From: Gemmatimonadota bacterium
GTDB taxonomy: Bacteria; Gemmatimonadota; Gemmatimonadetes; Longimicrobiales; Gaopeijiaceae
Assembly: GCA_039589315.1 (NCBI GenBank)
Contig: JBDHHQ010000081.1
Span: 1-19,081 of the forward strand
Length of the DNA: 19,081 bases
Reading direction: 5' to 3'
Both the position numbers and the translations under genes were made by a program. Under the pieces are notes generated by a model. That model was given only the letters and a program-made list of their open reading frames with translations. It had not been told where the DNA came from and made no database searches. This document shows, in pieces, positions 16,552 through 19,081 of this stretch. How positions within the stretch are numbered: position 1 is the first letter of the stretch; each line of letters begins with the position of its first letter.

Positions 16552-17177
16552 TGTGCCTTCAACCCCGCCAACGTCTCCTCGACCTCCTGGGAGCGTTCCG
16601 CCGAGCCCAGGCCCAGCATCATGCGCAGAGCGGACTGGTGGAAGAGCTCGCGAAACTCGGCCTCCGTCACCGGTATGAAACCACGGTGATAGATGGTCAC
16701 CAGGCCGTGGGCGTGAGCCCACATGGTCGTGCTCACGGCCTCGGTCCCGAAATCACGGAGCAGGCCGGCGTCGATTGCCTCCCGGACACGGTCTCTCCAG
16801 TACTGACCCACCGCACAAGCATGGGTGGCCGCTTCCTCCGGAAGCTCTTCCAGGCCAAGCGCATCGGGCGACGTGAACATCACCTCGTACAGCTTGGAGT
16901 GCTCCAGAGCGAAGTTCAGGTATTCCTCGCCGGCCCGGTGGAAACGCTCCGCCGCAGTCGGGGCTCCGAGGGCCCGGTAGAGGTACTGTGCGAACAGCTT
17001 GTACGCCTCGCCCACGACGTCGATGAGAACGGCTTCCTTGCTGTCGTAGTGCCTGTACAGCGCAGGGGCGGTGACGCCCATGAGCCGGGCCAACTTTCGC
17101 ATGGAGAAGCCGCCGAGTCCCTCGACGAGGTACAGGTCGCAGGCGCAGGCTACGATTTGGTCTCGTTGTATGCTCAT
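16539..17177 (-). CDS. TetR/AcrR-family transcriptional regulator with WHG-type C-terminal domain
   Basis: HTH GFSMRKLARLMGVTAPALYRHYDSKEAV; YLNFALEH..LYEVMF; WAHAHGLV. First gene of the efflux operon. Confidence 0.95.
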   Translation of the reverse strand: MSIQRDQIVACACDLYLVEGLGGFSMRKLARLMGVTAPALYRHYDSKEAVLIDVVGEAYKLFAQYLYRALGAPTAAERFHRAGEEYLNFALEHSKLYEVMFTSPDALGLEELPEEAATHACAVGQYWRDRVREAIDAGLLRDFGTEAVSTTMWAHAHGLVTIYHRGFIPVTEAEFRELFHQSALRMMLGLGSAERSQEVEETLAGLKAQLTA

Positions 17178-17179
17178 AA

Positions 17180-17194
17180 GTTAACAGTGTAAAC
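17180..17194. promoter_or_regulatory. Putative TetR autoregulatory operator (imperfect palindrome GTTAACAGTGTAAAC)
   Basis: AT-rich palindrome GTTAACA-G-TGTAAAC overlapping the -10 element and nearly touching the tetR start codon, a typical TetR arrangement. Confidence 0.7.
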
Positions 17195-17214
17195 AAGCCT
17201 GAAAGATCAGTCAA
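17186..17214 (-). promoter_or_regulatory. Sigma70-type promoter of tetR and the efflux operon
   Basis: Minus strand TTGACT (17214-17209), 17-bp spacer, TACACT (17191-17186), then 8 nt to the ATG. Confidence 0.8.
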
Positions 17215-17246
17215 CGGGTACAGGCGTTAACTCGGTTTGTTCCGTT

Positions 17247-17264
17247 TAGTGAATTTGTTCACAA
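17247..17264. promoter_or_regulatory. Rex-like (or CRP/FNR-family) palindromic box
   Basis: TAGTGAA-TTTG-TTCACAA matches 13 of 14 defined positions of the Rex consensus TTGTGAA-N4-TTCACAA. It also fits the CRP-type GTGA-N6-TCAC. Confidence 0.55.
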
Positions 17265-17336
17265 AGGATGAGAGCGGCCGACCGAAAGGTGATCGGCGCT
17301 GATCGAGACGTGCGTGGCCGGACCCGGAAGGCAATC

Positions 17337-17372
17337 GCGTCCACCCCAGGGTGTTGGCGTCAGCCCCAGGGT
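17337..17372. repeat. 16-bp imperfect direct repeat, 20-bp period
   Basis: gcgtccaccccagggt (17337-17352) and gcgtcagccccagggt (17357-17372), 14/16 identical. Confidence 0.75.
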
Positions 17373-17456
17373 CATCGCGGCCACTGGTTGGATCCGCTGA
17401 GGGATCCAACGGAGCCGGGATGAAAGGGGCGGCGGCGCTGGGTTCGAGAACCCGTA

Positions 17457-17486
17457 GGTAGGAGCAGGTCTCCGGTAGGAGCAGGT
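17457..17486. repeat. 13-bp exact direct repeat GGTAGGAGCAGGT
   Basis: Copies at 17457-17469 and 17474-17486. Confidence 0.85.
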
Positions 17487-17544
17487 GGGCCGGGGTGGCG
17501 CCGGCACTGGACTCACCGGCTCCTCCGCCCGAGAGGAACTGCCT

Positions 17545-18798
17545 TCAGGAAACCGGCCGTGGCGCCGCCGATTCGAACCAGTCGCCCCGCGTGACCGAGA
17601 CGCGGCCGTTGTTCACGACCAGCAGTACGTCGTTGAACACGGCGATGTTCTCCAGCGGGTTGCGCTCGGTGACGATCAGGTCGCCGTCGAGGCCCACCGC
17701 GACCCTGCCCGTGTGGTCGTCCACACCGAACAACTCCGCCGCCGTCAGCGTGGCCGACTGGAGCGCCTCGAGGGGCGACATGCCGACCGAGACGAACTCT
17801 TCGAGCTCGTGGGACACGCGGACGGTGCTGTTGGGGCCGTATCCGGTGTCCGTGGACGCCACGATCTTGACGCCCATGCCATACGCGTTGGTTACCATCT
17901 CGTGAACGCGCGGCAGCATGTGGTGGCCGCGAAGGCGTAGCGCGGCGTTGTCGTAGTCCCCTCCCGGAATCGTAAGGTCCCGAACGATGGCCATGGTGGG
18001 CACCAGGTAGGTGCCCATCTCGACCATCCGGGCCAGGGTTTCGGGAGACATGTACGTGCCATGCTCGATGGTGGTCACGCCTGCTTCCACCGCCGCCCTG
18101 GCTCCCTCGTCGCCGTGGGCGTGGGACGACACCCCGACGCCCCGGGCGGCACCGGCCTCCACCAGGGCCCGGAGCTCGTCTTCCCAGTAGAGCTGCTTGC
18201 GGGGATCGGTATCGGGCAACCCCGCGCGCTCGGTCGAGGTCGTCTTGATGAAGTCGACCCCAGAGTCCAGGAGTGCCTCGGCCATGGCCCCCATGGCTTC
18301 GGGCCCCCGGATCCCCTCTTCCATGTAGCGCCCCATCTCGGGGTGATTCTTGTAGAAGTCCTCGGCGACCTGGGGACGCACGTGATAGCCGGCCGCGAGC
18401 ACCTCGGGGATGTCCACGTGCCCGGCCTTCGCCAGCTCCCGGAGCCCCACGTCGGCGTAGTTGCCAGCCCCCATGCTGCGGACCGTCGTTACCCCCGACG
18501 CCAGGGCGCGCTTCGCTTGAGCCACCGACCCGATGTGGACGTGGGCGTCCATGAGACCCGGCGACACGTACATCCCACTCACGTCGACGGACTCGAGTCC
18601 GGCGGGCGCCGCTCCACCGGACTCGACCGACTCGATCCTCCCGGCCCTGATCACGATGGTGGCGTTCTCGGTGATCGTCCCGTCCTCGACGTTCACGACG
18701 TGGGCGTTGGTCAGAGCCAGGTCCTGGGCGTGGGCAGAAGCAGCAACGGCCAGAAGCGGCAGGGCCAGGGCGAGGGAGCCGAATATCCGGGTGCGCAT
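17545..18798 (-). CDS. Exported metal-dependent amidohydrolase (Xaa-Pro dipeptidase / imidazolonepropionase-like superfamily)
   Basis: PGLMDAHVH (HxH), GVTTVR, DFIK (carbamylated Lys position), SHAHG, TIEHG and ASTDTG. Sec signal MRTRIFGSLALALPLLAVAASAHA. GAAGGA lies upstream of the start. Confidence 0.93.
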   Translation of the reverse strand: MRTRIFGSLALALPLLAVAASAHAQDLALTNAHVVNVEDGTITENATIVIRAGRIESVESGGAAPAGLESVDVSGMYVSPGLMDAHVHIGSVAQAKRALASGVTTVRSMGAGNYADVGLRELAKAGHVDIPEVLAAGYHVRPQVAEDFYKNHPEMGRYMEEGIRGPEAMGAMAEALLDSGVDFIKTTSTERAGLPDTDPRKQLYWEDELRALVEAGAARGVGVSSHAHGDEGARAAVEAGVTTIEHGTYMSPETLARMVEMGTYLVPTMAIVRDLTIPGGDYDNAALRLRGHHMLPRVHEMVTNAYGMGVKIVASTDTGYGPNSTVRVSHELEEFVSVGMSPLEALQSATLTAAELFGVDDHTGRVAVGLDGDLIVTERNPLENIAVFNDVLLVVNNGRVSVTRGDWFESAAPRPVS

Positions 18799-19081
18799 GG
18801 GCCTTCAGTCCTTCCGGGGTGCGAGCGAGCGGCCGGATGCGAGAGGGGTAACGGGAGAGGCCACCTCACGACCGGGACCGAGATCGGGGCTAAACCTAGT
18901 CGGGGGGTGCGGAGTGCCGCCACCGGAGGCTGGCGGATCGAGGCCACGCCCCACCACCGGCCATCATACCGGGCTCGCGCGCAACCCGGTCCGCGACGGA
19001 CAGATCTGCCTGCCGCACCTTGGTCAGCGGCTATCCGGCGGGGCCGCCGTGTCTGCCCCCGCGGGCGCCGGGTCCGACTCC

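Noticed and set aside
17430..17460. GGTTCGAGAACCC resembling a tRNA T-arm
   Set aside because: No acceptor stem, D-arm or anticodon arm can be built around it.
19024..19081. Possible 3' end of a minus-strand gene at the right edge (ESDPAPAGADTAAPPDSR-stop)
   Set aside because: It is too short to support, and another frame is equally open to a nearby TAG. Flanking sequence is needed.

Overview
A GC-rich (about 65-70% by eye) bacterial chromosomal window; the gene style suggests Gemmatimonadota, but that is an impression only. It holds 13 intact genes and one disrupted gene. In order: a lower-GC gamma-glutamylcyclotransferase-family gene broken by an exact 14-bp tandem duplication and running off the left edge; an exported beta-lactamase-fold serine hydrolase; an M55 (DppA-like D-aminopeptidase) lipoprotein; a lipoprotein made only of four PKD/Ig-like repeats; a DinB protein; an exported M19 dipeptidase; an ALDH7/AmaB aldehyde dehydrogenase; a DUF2911 protein; a minus-strand tetR-tolC-MFP-RND efflux operon; and an exported amidohydrolase. 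I found no rRNA, tRNA, CRISPR array or transposase. The most notable points are: (1) the efflux control region has a near-consensus sigma70 promoter giving a near-leaderless tetR mRNA, a palindromic operator over the -10, a second operator copy written into the last codons and stop of tetR, and a Rex/CRP-like box upstream; (2) the GGCT frameshift can be repaired by removing one repeat copy; (3) a D-x-N-x-T motif, matching the bacterial N-glycosylation sequon, is conserved in all four PKD repeats; (4) several exported hydrolases from families acting on D-amino-acid peptides cluster here; (5) short tandem duplications recur in intergenic DNA. No clearly new multi-gene system is proven from sequence alone.
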